From the NCBI GenBank assembly GCA_973895155.1, contig OZ316895.1, positions 5,149,181-5,213,180 on the forward strand: DNA of 64,000 nt, given 5' to 3'. The position numbers and the translations under genes were made by a program. This stretch comes from Marsupella aquatica (Eukaryota; Plantae; Marchantiophyta). The notes under the pieces are model-generated. The model saw only the letters and a program-made list of their open reading frames with translations, ran no database searches and was not told the origin of the DNA. Below are positions 1 to 13,515 of this stretch, one piece after another. Numbering within the stretch: position 1 is the first letter of the stretch; each line of letters starts with the position of its first letter.

Positions 1-923
1 CATCATTTGGAGAAAATACAATTCACATGACTTCATGTGGGCCCGCCCATTTCTGTTCGTACCGAGAGCTCTACAGATTCCGAGGCTAAATTCCTGACTA
101 GACTGAGGACCCAGCCTGGCATTCGCCATCATTGACTGAGATATCGAGAGCTTTAATTTGATCCCTTTACAGATTGATCCATGTTACTCAATACGGAAAT
201 GTTCTCAGCCCTTGACTAGTTGAAAGTGCCTTTAAGACCCTTTCTGGTTTATATTTGATAGTTGCAACGTATTTTGTGTTGCGCGATGTCTTGAAATGGC
301 ACTATGAAATTACTGCCGTTGAGATCTGTGAGCTTGGCTTGAACTGAATGTTTTCCCGGTACTGGTGTCAAGCGGTTCCCTTGTGCTTTTGCTCATCGAC
401 AGGTTGGTCGTTCTTCTTTGACGAGTAGCACCTGCTCAAACTTATAATTACATCCTGGTTCATGAAGGGCGATATGTATGAAAGAGCATCAACCGCGCAA
501 CCTGATATCTGATAGACCCTACTGAATCGTCAAACCTTGCATCATATTTCAACCTTCGAAATCTTTCTAAAGTTACATAGAGAGGGCACAAAACAGTCAT
601 GAATCTGTTGATGGGCTAGCCCCAAGTCTTTTCCGACAAACCTTGACACACGCAACTGTCGTATTCCATCCCAATGTGCGGGAACGTTTTTCCAATGCAA
701 AGGGAGTCTACTCCCATTGTACAAGTCGGCCAAATGCCTCTTTCTCCTGTACCGCTATCATGAACCCAATTGGCATAATTAGGGGAGCACATCCCTGGTG
801 TATGACTCTTCCTATGCCTGGGAGGGTTTCAGCCATGCTAGCGTGTTTAGGTAGATTTATGTGGTATGCTAAAGAATGGTCGTAAGCCTATCATAAGATA
901 CGCTCGATTTAATGTCCTAAAGA

Positions 924-3900
924 TTAGCTCCTAATAATTGGCTTACTATCTTGATGATCCAGAACGGAAGAATCTTTTCTATCGGAAAGTTTTAGCAAAC
1001 CATGCAACTCTACTTCAGATGATAATCCAGACTCGTCGTCGTCACTCAAAATTCCTTCAGGAAAATTCTCCACGTCTGATAGTAGGTAAGTAACCTCTTT
1101 ATCTGTGCGTAGTGCCAGATAAATGATTGCCCCAAGATAAATGAGGATACTAGCCACTCCACTTAGTCCTAAGAGTACTCGGCCCCCAGTTGAGATGCTA
1201 CTGTGAAGAAGCCATTGCAGCAGAGCACTTGAAACGAAGTAAATGTTAATGACCATCACAGCGAAACCAATTATCCATGTAACAACCGTGACCTGCAAGT
1301 CAATCAATTGCCACGTGCTCAATCTTAGGCTGAGGCTAGCAGATCTGTTTGCAGCTAGAACAAGGAAGATTCTCTGAAAATGATACTTGCCCTACTAAGT
1401 GCATTGGCTGCAAAACACCTCTTTAACATTCAACCTAATTGCTACTTGAAAAATATAAATTCTTACCAATTTAGAGTTAGCATGCGGTCCCATCTTTGTT
1501 GTACTGCTTGTGAACTTCAACAGGGGCAGAAGAGCAAAGGGAAGTTGGAAAGACAGGATCATCTGCACATTTGGGGATTATGTGTTGGTCAGAGACTTGA
1601 GAGCAATTTCCTTCATTGCTTATCCGTTCACTACCCTCGAAGTTCAGCAGCTACACCCATAACCTGATCTATTTGGTAGTCAAACTCACCGATGAAATTA
1701 TAATCAATCTTCCTGCTCCTTCGGACCCTCCAATGACTGCCACAAGCAAACTTGGAACAATTGCTACACTGCGTGTGAAGAGATTCCGAAGCCATGGTTG
1801 AAATTGGAGATTTAAAAAGCCCTGGAAAGTAACCAAGCTGCAAAGTTAGGAGGCAATTTAAACCCCGAGGATAGAGCATCAGAAAAGCCATGAGTACAAG
1901 CCTGAAAGCTCGACAGAAAACTTGAAGAATGAAATGCATCTGTATCAATCAAAGAATTATACCTGCATCACATACTGTCCTGCATATGTCCCAGTTATGG
2001 TTGAGCTTTGCCCAGAAGCCAGCAGAGCAATAGCAAATAGTTGAAAGCTCCACCTCCCTAGCACATTCTGAAAAAATTAAAATTACGACCACGGTGAGCG
2101 CCTAAATCTTATCTTACAGGAAAGGTATGCAGTGCTTTCAAATCAATAGACTACTAGCAATAGCTCCAATATTTAATCAACATCTAAACCATCGTGATAT
2201 TTGAAAACGTTCATGAAAGCATTTAATATTGTAACCCCAAACTAAGTTTCCAAAGCACGTACTTGTAGCAAGAAGGATGCTCGATTGAGGTCCAAGTTAT
2301 GACAGCTTTCTTGGTTTTCTGGTGACAAGTCGGGGCTGCTGCACACTGATCCACTTACAGCTATAACAGACACGTTGATCAAAAAGGACAGAAACAATGC
2401 TAGACCACTTTCCACAAAGTAATATCTGCATCCGTCCTGTAACACATACAACAGACATGGTTCATCAGATAATCTAAAAATAACTCAAAGCTGCTGCTCA
2501 CGCCCCCTATCTAAAATATCCTCAGAATTTGTAATCGAAGCTCACTCCTACATTATTGTCTTATCTCCGTTGTGCCAACATGTCAGGTACCTGAATGCCC
2601 GACAGTGTCCTCGGGATCTTTCTTGTCAAAACCAGAGCAGAATGCAGAAAGAGATTATGCCTGAAAAATAACAGTACAAACTAGTAAGACTGTAGGCCAA
2701 TTTCAAAACTGCATCTTGCTCTCCCAAGCATTCTTCGGCGAGAATTCCCGCAAAATTCTAATACAATATAGTGAAGAAATTCAAAAACTTTCGTATCACT
2801 GTTTCTAACAAAAAATTAAGGAGCGACCATCCTTTCTCGCAAAAAAGACAAACAAGCAAATTAGTTCAGAAGTTCCGGATTCGAAATAAAACGAGAAGAC
2901 GTTTAGCTAATTCAAGGGATTTCTTAGGAGCCAAAATGGTGGGACTTACGGCATAACCATTGCCCCAAGCAGAGATATAGCTAGTCCTGTTGCCCCAGGA
3001 CCTTCCAATTTTGGAATCACAAGGCCTTTGAAAATCTCTCCAGCAGGGGGTGAAGCATAACCCAACTCTCCAAAAAAACAAGAAGCCATTGTGAAGACCA
3101 AAAATGCAATTACCACCTCCAATTTCCGTACCTGTCAACCCCAAACCCAACCAGAGCCAAGGCGCACATTGAGTCCTATATGCCATCACTGCAAATTTAC
3201 CCTCCAAGAGTTTCTAGCATGACCAGCAATGATGTAATTTTTTTATAAGCATGCCTGCCCGAAGAGAATGTTTGCACCGGAAAAGTACACAATCTAGATG
3301 TCATATCACAGACAGGCACATCCTGTTTAAACACAAGAGGAACGATGAAATCATTACCCCGTACTGTTGTAAAGCCAGGAACATTAATGTACTACACCCT
3401 GTAAGGAGGACACCGATCCAAACTGGTAGGTGAAACAGCATGTTTAGGGCGTACGCTGAACCTATGACTGCATGAACCCAATTGTATGTTTGGTTAGAAA
3501 GGACGAGATAGTTTCACGATTTGAACCTCAAAATCACAAAGACTTCAAACAGGGGAATTGACAATTTGTGCATTGAAGCTGACGGGCGACTCCAAGTTTT
3601 CAAAGGTCCTGAACGGGAAATCACCACTAGTGGTACAAACTTCAGCTACAAAAACTGACCACATCCCTAACTTATAGCATCAGGAAAACGGGGCTTACCT
3701 TCTGGTATATCACTCGCCACAATTGAAACCTCAGCTAATATCCACAGTACAAAATTTACAAATCTCGGGTACTCTGTTCTGCAGTGCTCGGACAGATGCT
3801 TCCCTGAAAGCATTTCCAATTTCGGTAAGCGATCTGCTGGTGATAGTGAAGGACATTGAAACAAGCTTGGACCACATAATGAACCGTATAGCGTTAAACT

Positions 3901-5361
3901 CCTGAGCAGAAGTCTTTGAGTCTATCCAATGGTCAAGGAGTTCAGTCTAAAAACATGAAATCTACAGCGAACAGTGAAGTTTATGAAGGCCTTATAAGTT
4001 CGACCTAATATAATCCATTACCTGTAACCACCCCCAAGTTCGCTGCCAGAGATTGTATTATCAATGCAAAGCCAGATGCAAGCAGGATGACCCATAGCAA
4101 CTGCACATATCGAAACACACGTTTCAATCAGATAATGACAGGGCACATATCTGGCTCTATAGGAGAGATTTAGCTTAAGACTGAGGCCCCAACCAAGGCC
4201 CGGAGTCGCATGTGGATGCTAAGATAACGTCAAAGAGGATGTGTAAATGCAATCCTCAACCGTGTTCGAACTTTTACAACCAACTGACAAGAGCCCAAGA
4301 ATTATCTCACCTGGTACCTGTATTGCGCCCCAGCTTGCAAATCGCTCTCAACTGTCAAGAGTACATACCCGAAGGAGTTTAGTTCAGCAAGCCACAGTAT
4401 TTTACACGGAGCATAAGGATGAAATATTTCAAGACTGCAATCGGAAATACTTACAATTTCCTGGATCGATGTAGGCTATAGACACCAAGAATCCGGGGCC
4501 TACGTAAGCCATCAACTTCCGCCATCCCCGCTTCTGCAAATGGACACCGTTTGAGAGACGACAACAATAATTTCCTGTCACATTAAGACAGCATACATAG
4601 ACATACAATCGCCCCGAGAAGCAGTGCATCTCACTTGAAGAAAAACACCAACCATCCAGTTTGATGTGGATGTCCTGACAAGACTGTCTATGTTCACAAG
4701 AGCCCTACTTCTGACGTCAGTCCTTTGTGGCATCCGCTAAAACGTCTCTGAAATGTCTGGCACCTCCACATCACATCATTGCTCAGTCCTACGACAATTC
4801 ACCTTCATACCCTAGTAATTTCGCCAATTGAGACAGTAAGCGAGACAGGATAAAGAGAGCGCGATTGGAGGAAGAAACGTGAGGTGTGGGAGACTAGGAC
4901 TGGATTTCGTCAAAAATGAGAACTGTTAAAATACCCTAATTAGACTAAATCAAGAATCCACTTTCATGCCTTAATCCCTAACTTCGTCAAAGTTTTCTTG
5001 TAGTGAAAATCGTTTTCAATGACGGCACTGGTTCTGCAACCTCGCACTGCGAATTGTTCGAAGCACATTCGACCGTAACTCGAAATATGATACAAAATCA
5101 GCCACGGGCTTAAGCACAAGACTGGCGCAAAAACTGACCAAAGTCAAGAGTCTCCAGGAAGAAACGAAATCAGAGGAAATGGATTTTGCAGTTCAACATT
5201 CTTACCTCTGGCACTTCCACTTCGTCGGCCTGCGCACCGTCCCAGTCTCTATTACCCCATTTCAAAGTAGGCATGGGAGTCTTTGTAAAATCAATGTCAT
5301 TGTAATTAGGACTCGAGTTGGCAAACTCATAAATGTGATCCACTTGAGGATCTGGCGCCAT
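924..5361 (-). CDS. NRAMP: NRAMP-family Fe/Mn transporter (NRAMP1/6-like group), multi-exon
   Basis: Spliced exons give [76 protein letters not shown] and [18 protein letters not shown]. The junctions checked are GT-AG. ATG at 5361, stop at 924. Confidence 0.95.
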
Positions 5362-7261
5362 GACTACAACCCCTCGAGAAACACATGAACGAATAGAAAT
5401 GCTCTACAGATAGTGCTGTGGGAGGTTTGATTGCACGACGGCCAAGCCAGGTTTGACGCGTGAAACAACTTCAACAGGGTTTAATGCCCTTGACAAGACA
5501 CCAATCGCGCCGAAATGCATTCGGGCACAAGGACAGCAAAGAAATGCATGACCGATGAGGAATACGGTACGAAATTACTAGATGTGGATGACGGGAAGAG
5601 TGTGAACGAGGAGAGGGAAGAATTCCTGCACATAGAATAAACTACACTAAGACGATGAGCTGAACCAGGGCAGTCAAATTATTCAAATGTTTGGTCTCTT
5701 TCTGTTCCCCTCTCGACGGATCGGTTCTAAAAGGAAAGGACGTGGGGAGGATGACGTTTTGAGAACAGAGAGGCCGGGGTAGATCGAACAACAAAGAGAT
5801 CCCGTCAATGGAGAAGCTCCATTTTAATCCTCGCTCAATGCGTTCATAACGAGCTCAGCCTGCAGTAAGGATATGCACTCCCTTTCCTCTCCTTCCTTCC
5901 TCCCTCCCGATCGCAGGTGATTACCGGCAAAACTTTTGCAGTGAATCGATTCAAAATAGCAAATCGGTTTGGCCGACGGTCGAAGACCACAATTGCTTTA
6001 GGACCTCACACACGTGCTCTCCTCCCTGCTCGTCACACCGTGTCCACGACAAACCTGAATTAATTTCCTAGTCTTTTCCCACGGAACTCTTTACAACCAT
6101 ATATCTTCAGCTCTCCTTCCAGTGCTTTCCAACTCGCAGCAGCTATCGTTGTCCCTAAGGAAAGCATCACGCTGAAATCCGCTTGCTCACTGGTTTGCGA
6201 AATCCAAATCAATCCCTCCTGCGTTTATCGGCAACGACGCATCCGCTCTCGGCACTCGATCCACATAGCAATAACGTGACAACAACCAAGAAGCAGTGTG
6301 GCCCGTCACCGGCGATGTCGCGCTAGATAGACAGATAGATCCTGTAGATAGATATTCCGTCCGCGCAGCAAAAATCAGAGGCGTACCGCTCAGACAGATA
6401 GATCCTGTAGTTAATATTCTCTCCGCGCAGCAAAAGTTAGAGGTGTAACCTCATCCAGAGCAGAGTTCCGATCTCCCTTCGATGAAGCAGCCCGACGAGG
6501 GCACCTGGAGCGACCTTCCTTCGCACACACTCCAATCCAATCAATCCTCACAACACCACCTCATTGCGCAGCGCAGCGCACCACAGCCTGGTTGATGATT
6601 TGGAGGCCGACCTCCAAAGACCCGACGGATGCAAACCACGAACGATGTAGAGCGTCAAACTAACAACATTCGGCATTTCGATCCAGGTGCCTACAAGTAG
6701 AGTCCCAGGCTGGCTACCGGCAGTCAAAATGATCGTCGCCAGCTCCCGATTTGCGTTCCATTACAAAGAAACTTTAGGTACTCAATCCTTCCTTCCTTCC
6801 TTCCTTCCTTCGATCGATCGATTCGTTTCGATTCGTTGTTGCATGTTGCTTCCAATGCTCCTCCCGATTTCGTTGCCCTGCAAACTACAGGAGCGTGGGT
6901 GCTCTCTCCTCCACGTGCACCCCATCGATTTACGACGAGGAATTGATAGTGGAAGAGTGGAAGACGTGGATTAGAGGTCAAAGCGTGAGCAGATCCTCAA
7001 TTCCTCCACTATCACTAGTTCCTACGAGAAGCTTTGCACATGATTATCAAACTAATTGCACACCGTTATATTATATATGCCACGAAAATGAATGTTGAAT
7101 AAAATATTAGTGCCAACATATAATTTCTACGAGAAGAGCCTTTGCACATTATTATCAAAGTAATTGCACACCATTTATCTAGGCCATGAATGCTGAATAA
7201 AATATTGGTGCCATTATAGAATAGGGTGACACCAAGATTGAATAAAATATTAGAGCAGAGC

Positions 7262-8290
7262 ATAATTAGTATGATACCAAGATTAGAGTCACTCACACTG
7301 AATTGTGTGAACTTTTTTTAACCCTGAATCACACTAATTAAGTATGTTAAGTCACACACTCTACTTTGTATTGAGAGTCATTATGTTAAGTCACACACTT
7401 TACTTTGTATTGTGAGTCTCCTTAAGTCTTTATGCATATATTCTCACTGTGCATATATTCTCAGTGTGGTAATTAGTGAGACCAAATGTGTGACTTTCAT
7501 CTGACCTGTAATTAAAGTGACACCTAAAATAACCATGAGTGCACACTATTTTATGTGAGATATAAAATTTGAAGGGCTATGCAATTAATGTGACTAACAC
7601 TAATTGCCATAGACTTAAGTTAAGGTTTTCTTGACTTTTTCTTTATTTCTTTCTTTTTAAGGGGAAATCCCTAAAACCCCAGAGAAAGGGAAGAGTCACT
7701 CACAATAGTTGAACCCAATACCTATCAGTCTCTACTCAAGTGAGCTACCACAAAGTCATGCCTCACTCGGCAAGATTTTCTTGTCTTGGAAGGAACTGAG
7801 TAAGAACCCTTAGTAGACTCTCCCCACCCCGATAATGATATACATTTTTGTATGGAACCCATTTCAGGGACCGGACCAGGAGGGAAAGAGGATAAAATCA
7901 GAGCAGATCCTCATTCCTCCACTATCACAAGAAGCTTTGCACATTATTCATTGCACACTATTATATTATACTATATATGCCATGATTGATAAAACAAGCT
8001 GCACATTAAGGTCTCACTAAAATAGTTTGAGTCACATTATTTCAGGTGTCGCACTTATTACAATTCTCCAGAAGTCACACTTTTGGTCTCACTAATTGAG
8101 ATGTTCGCCTTGAATACTGCACACTATGAATCGAGGCATAAATTGAGACTCAACAAGCGTACTCTCAATAAAAAGAAAATAGTGTAACTTAACATACTTA
8201 AAGTGTGATTTTGGGTTAGAAAAAATTTGTTCACGCAAATTTAGTGTGTTACTCTAATTTTGGTGTCACACTAATTGTATAATCACACTA
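7262..8290. repeat. Degenerate inverted pair of an AT-rich repeat (~7262-7600 vs ~7990-8290), MITE-like
   Basis: 7262-7360 (aattagtatgataccaagattagagtcactcacactgaattgtgtgaac...taagtatgttaagtcacac) matches the reverse complement of ~8180-8280. Boundaries are approximate. Confidence 0.55.
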
Positions 8291-8424
8291 TTTACGGTGG
8301 ACAGTGTACTTAAGTCAAGGTTGTTTTGTCTTGAAAGGAAATGAGGAAGAACACTTAGTAGATTCTCCCCACCCCAATAGTGACAATCATACATTTTTTA
8401 TACCCATTTCAGGGTGAGTTCCCA

Positions 8425-8635
8425 CGGTGGACAGGGACCACAACAGGAGGAAGAGAGGATTAAATCAGGATCACAAAAGTGGGCGACCAGGGCCCGAGGA
8501 GATAATCAGAACTCCCATCCACTAGCCACAAAACCCATTAACCCACACAAGTATATCCTCCACATCCATGTGTGTGGAGGGATCAAACCCGGGACCTTTC
8601 AGTTCCAGGCTAATCCCCTAGCCAACTGACTATCA
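8425..8635 (-). mobile_element. Degenerate copy of the tRNA-derived SINE seen at 34686
   Basis: The reverse complement reads tagtcagttggctaggggattagcctggaac..ggtcccgggtttgatcc (A/B-box head) and gggagttctgattatctcctc..tttaatcctctct..ggtccctgtc, collinear with 34690-34900. Confidence 0.7.
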
Positions 8636-11600
8636 CTGACTATCACTGTTTCCATATGCCATGATGAATGATATGCCATGATGAATAAAAACAAGCTTCA
8701 AATTTGATGAACCTAACTTGACTACTTAAGTTAAGGTTAGGGACAGAAAAGTCATGGTGTAGAAAATCAGTAGTTCATAATTTTTTGTCATAAACATTGG
8801 TCATATGCCATGCACCCTAACCTACAGTACAGGCTAGTGAATTTTGTTTTTGAAACCCCATGTGAGAAAGTTATGACCATTTCTTTATGGCCAAAACTAA
8901 GCTCTGACGCCCTATTATCATAACAAGTACTGTTTAGCTGAAGTGTTCTCAAGTAGTATAAAATGTTATGGGAGTAGGCCTTTGGCTATCCTAAGGAAAG
9001 CTCAAGGGCTCAACACGTAACTAATAATTTTAACAACTTTCCTTTAACTTTAGGTGCAAATACAGAAATCCAAAAAGCTTTGATTGAAGGCATGTGGGCT
9101 TGTGTCTAAGGAGGTGATGGCTGCTACATTTGAGGCACAGAAAAGGTAACCAAGAATGAAGGAAAATTGATATCAATGAGATTGAGATGAAGCTGTAACT
9201 CCTGCCTTATGGGGCAGGTCAAGGCTATGTCCCCCCATTTTAAAAAATTGTCTGGATTGGGTCCTATCTTAGGGGCCTCAAATATCCAAGGGGTGTCTCA
9301 TATCACGCGCAAAGTTTTGGAAGAACTTTTGATAAATATCCAAGGGGAATACCCAAGGGGAAGACACCCCTTGGATATTTGAGAAGTTTTGGAAGAATTT
9401 TTTAACCCCTTACTTAATGGAATATTCTTGGAATATTCTCAAATTTGGTTTCAAAACACTCTATGATTCTTATAATTCTCAAAACTGTATTAAAATAACC
9501 TTAGTTACTTTCTTCAACACAACTTTAAAAGTTTTTCACTAAACCCAATAAAAACACCCTATAGTTACTTATTTGTGTAAGATGGGTTGGAAGAAAAGAA
9601 GTGAGTACCCCGTGAGTCCTATAACCAAAGTCACCGATGGACCATAAATACGTGACTTTCAGCCAAGGCCCCTTTTAGTCTCACTAGACATTAACGGGGC
9701 ATGGCTGAGTATTGCAACACCGTACTATAATTATCATAGCAGGGTGTCTCAAAGCTTCATTGTTGCGGATCATGGCTTTTGATCATAAACAAATGGCCAT
9801 AGCCTTTTCATAGGGTTATGTAAGAGGCTTTTTTCAGATAGCCTCTATGGTGACTTATGGTCATGGCATAGGACCAGTCTTTATGGAAAATTGGATTACA
9901 AATTTGGTAGTCCTTAACTAGCTTTTTATGTTTGTAATAGTAACTTGGTAGTTAAGGTCCATCAAATTTTGAGGATTTGAGACCCCCCTGGTAATTGCAG
10001 ATGGAAGTGTCATCAAGTATAAGTGAGATGGCCAATTGCACACTATTATCATTGTAAGTATTGATGTTGAGCAAAGTGTTCTCAAACACAAGTGAAATAT
10101 ATAGCCAAGAAGTCTGCCCCTCTAGGGAGTTGACAAATTGACCTGACAACTGGATTTCAAAGAGTGTGCTAGATTAGGGAAAGTGATAGGGTTTTAAATG
10201 GGCGTGGAAAAGGTGCACAATGGCACATTTAGGTCCATGTTTTGGCTAGGAGTGAATATCATTGTAATCAATCAACCAGGGAAGCTTCCAACTAGAATGA
10301 CATTTTGCAAACAGACAAAGATGAATGGACCAATAATAATAAGATCAGCATGACAAAGACCAATGCTCAGCTAACATTAATAATAAGAATAAATTGGACA
10401 CCTTTAACAGTGGACCCATACTTCAGCAAATTTAGCATGGGTCCATGCTCAACTAATTTCAGAGCTGGACCCATGTGATTGCAACTTTATTTAGGTTTAT
10501 TATGGGTCCATGCCATTGGGTCACTACAATGTAGGACAAATATCAGATTTTGTTGTTGTCAGATTTCTCTAAATGAACAACTATCAGATTTTGTGTGTTG
10601 TCATATTTCTTGAAATGAATGAGATTTGACTTCAGGCACCATGCCCTACTTTGGGAAAGGCAAAGTCAAAGCCTCTCTAAATGAATGAGATTTGACTTCA
10701 GCTACCATGCCCTACTTTGGGAAAGGGGGTATCAACGTCAAAGCCTGACCTTCACTCTCAAAATCAAAGTTCACTGGAGTGTTGCATCATGGAAAAGAAT
10801 CACTTCAACAACTTGTCTCGCAACTTGTTTGCGGTTCACTTGTCGACTTTGGGGCCAAATTGACTGATTAGAGAGTGATGCCAAGTGAACTCACATCTGA
10901 TCAAACTTGAAGCTTTCATCCCATTTTATTGTATTTTGTGATCTTTCAAGTTTATATGAAATCTGACCACTCGCCTGGAAGAGTGACTACTCTTTTGAAG
11001 GGGCTAAATAAGAGGGAAGGAATAATTGTTAAGAAACTAAGAAATTTTATTCTTCACATGGAAGAGGGACTACTCTTTTGAAGGGGCTAAGAGGAATAAA
11101 AATGAGAGGACTTTTTGTGTTTCTATTTCTTAGTCATCTATTTGTTGAGGAGAAAAGATGGACATGGAACACATGGATAATCTCTTTTAGGAGAAATGAT
11201 GGATACGGAACACATGGATGATTGCTTTTAGATTATTTCTTTGTTTGAGGGTGGACTATATAGGATTAAGGGTATCTTAAAGTAGGAAAGGAATGAAAAG
11301 ACAAAAAAAGACATTTATGTTCTTTGGTCAGGATGGAGTAAAATGGTTGTACCTTAAGGGGAGTGATAGAAAAAGGTAAAGAAAATGTATTTTTTTAATT
11401 GTTGGGATATTATATTCTTTGCACTAGTTATTTTCAACCTTTTAGGATGGGTGGATGGAAGTTTAACAGTATTTTAAGAGGAGGAATAAAAAAGGCAAAA
11501 AAAAGTGAGAGCTTTTGATTTTTATAAATCTTTGTTCAAAATGGTCTTTTTCATCCTTTTTCCTGCAAGAGGCAAACACTATTTGATGGAGTTTTTTCTA

Positions 11601-12471
11601 AAGTAACAAATACAATATGAAAATCAAAACAGAAATATATATAGATATGTATTTTTAATTTTTTTCTAAACTTCTGACTCATTTGTAAACACAAATCTAG
11701 ATGTTTGTTTGAGTTATTATAGGACATGGGTTGGGTGTACATTTATTTAGGTTAGGTGTGATATTAATCAGGACCTAACTAGGGTTGGGGATGTGGTTGT
11801 TGTTGATCCTACCGGGGGAGCCATGTTGCGGTTGCCACCCATGTGCCTGGCCATGCTGCGGCCAAGGCTGCCAGCTCAAGGAGAAGGCCTATGCAGTTTG
11901 CTACCCGGGGATTCTTTTCTACCCCTTGAGGTTTTTGGTGCTCTCCACCATACCTTTGATCAGTTCTTGAGGGCTGGTGCAGTTTTTTGTATTGAGAGAC
12001 TGCCTTTCCCCCCAGTTTCAGTCCTCACCGCCTTTTTTGGTAGCAGGTGTTTGTGGCTCTCCAACGGGCCCAGGCATTCTCTTTCATAGGGCTGAGGTAG
12101 TTGGTTTTAGGGCCTTCCGCCTGGTTCCACTTCGTGACACTCCTATGCGGTTTACTCCTAAGTTCTACCAGCCCGTTCATTTATTCACTAAGTAGGGTGT
12201 TAGCCTTCAAGGCTCCTGGCTCCAAATTTGGAGGTTACTTTTTGGCCTTGTGCCTCCTTTGGCTTGTAGTTGGGTACCCTTGGCTTGTTTTTCTTGAGGC
12301 CCTTTCCCCTTTTTTACTCCCCATGGTTTTTTCCTCCCCCTTCACTTCATTGGGTTTTATTGCCTTCGGGATCTTGTCCTCCGGTTCGGCGTTTTCTTCC
12401 TTTGTGCACTACATACATGTAAGGCGGAGCGAATCGGATTGTTCTCTGCAACTCTGTTCTCTTCAACTCTC

Positions 12472-13515
12472 ATGGCGATGGCGAGTCTCTGTGCTGCTGC
12501 TGCTGCCTCCGGCTGTGTAGGATTGCTGCCACAACCGGCAACAGCCTCCATCTCGCAACGCTCGTCCACTTCGAGGGCGGCACTGACGTCCTCCTTCACC
12601 GCTTCTCGCGCAGTCGCCCCGTCGTTGTCCTGCTCCTTCGCCTGTATGGCATTCTGTTCTCTCTCGATTGGCCTTGGGAATTTCCATAGCCAGCTCGAAC
12701 TTCCGCTTTCTCTTGCGTATGGTGTCTATGTTGAGTGGTTGAATGTGGATTTTGACTAGGAATGTATGGCTCTCCATGGATTGCAGTTGCGAGGCCTGTA
12801 TGCCATGTTGCGCCGCGCAGATTGGTGATTCGAGCAATGGCCGATAAGGAAGCAGCTCCCGTCAAGAAGAAAGAGGACTCTGCCAAGAAGAGGGCTAGAT
12901 TAGCTGAGGACAGGCGTGTATACAACAAGTCGAGGAAAACTGAGATCAAGACGCGCATGAAAAAGGTAAGTCTGTGTAGGATTCGGGTATCTGTTTGGAC
13001 CTATATTCGAACACCGTTCCCAATCGCGTGTATTGGGAAGGCGTCTCGTAATTTATCTGGAGAGTGGGAGACATGTAGATGCCGGAAGGTGGATTAATGA
13101 TGAATTAATGGAAGAGATTGGTTTAGAGTGGAGTGTGAAGCGGTAAGATGAGTTTACCGTGGAGACGATGATCACAAACAGAACTTTCGTTTAGCTCAGG
13201 GTGGAATGAGCTTAGGATTTTGGGTTCACGTGGTATTGAATCTGAGTTTGAAGCACGTCAATGAGCTGACACTGACATTGGTGAAAGCAGGTCTTTTTGG
13301 CTCTCGACAGCTTGAAGAAGAGTGGTGCTGAAAGTCCGGAGGAAATCAAGCCAATTGAGAAATTGATAGCAGAAGCATATTCGATCATTGACAGGTCAAT
13401 TAAGGTTGGAACCCTGCACAGGAACACAGGGGGTAATAGGAAATCACGCTTGGCTCGTGCAAAGAGGGCTGTAGAAGTTCAGCTTGGTTGGTACACCCCG
13501 ACACCAACAGCATAA
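12472..13515 (+). CDS. PRPS20: Plastid 30S ribosomal protein S20 precursor; exons 12472-12643, 12787-12965, 13291-13515 (191 aa)
   Basis: Ser/Ala-rich transit peptide, then DSAKKRARLAEDRRVYNKSRKTEIKTRMKKV and AYSIIDRSIKVGTLHRNTGGNRKSRLAR. Splice phases join in frame. Confidence 0.95.

Noticed and set aside
3061-3085. Possible frameshift at the A7 run in an NRAMP exon
   Set aside because: The reverse complement reads TGT TTT TTT GGA GAG (CFFGE) in frame, so the exon is intact.
10540-11100. Short local duplications (also 6325-6445 and 35170-35500)
   Set aside because: Ordinary 30-70-bp slippage or repeat relics with no further structure.
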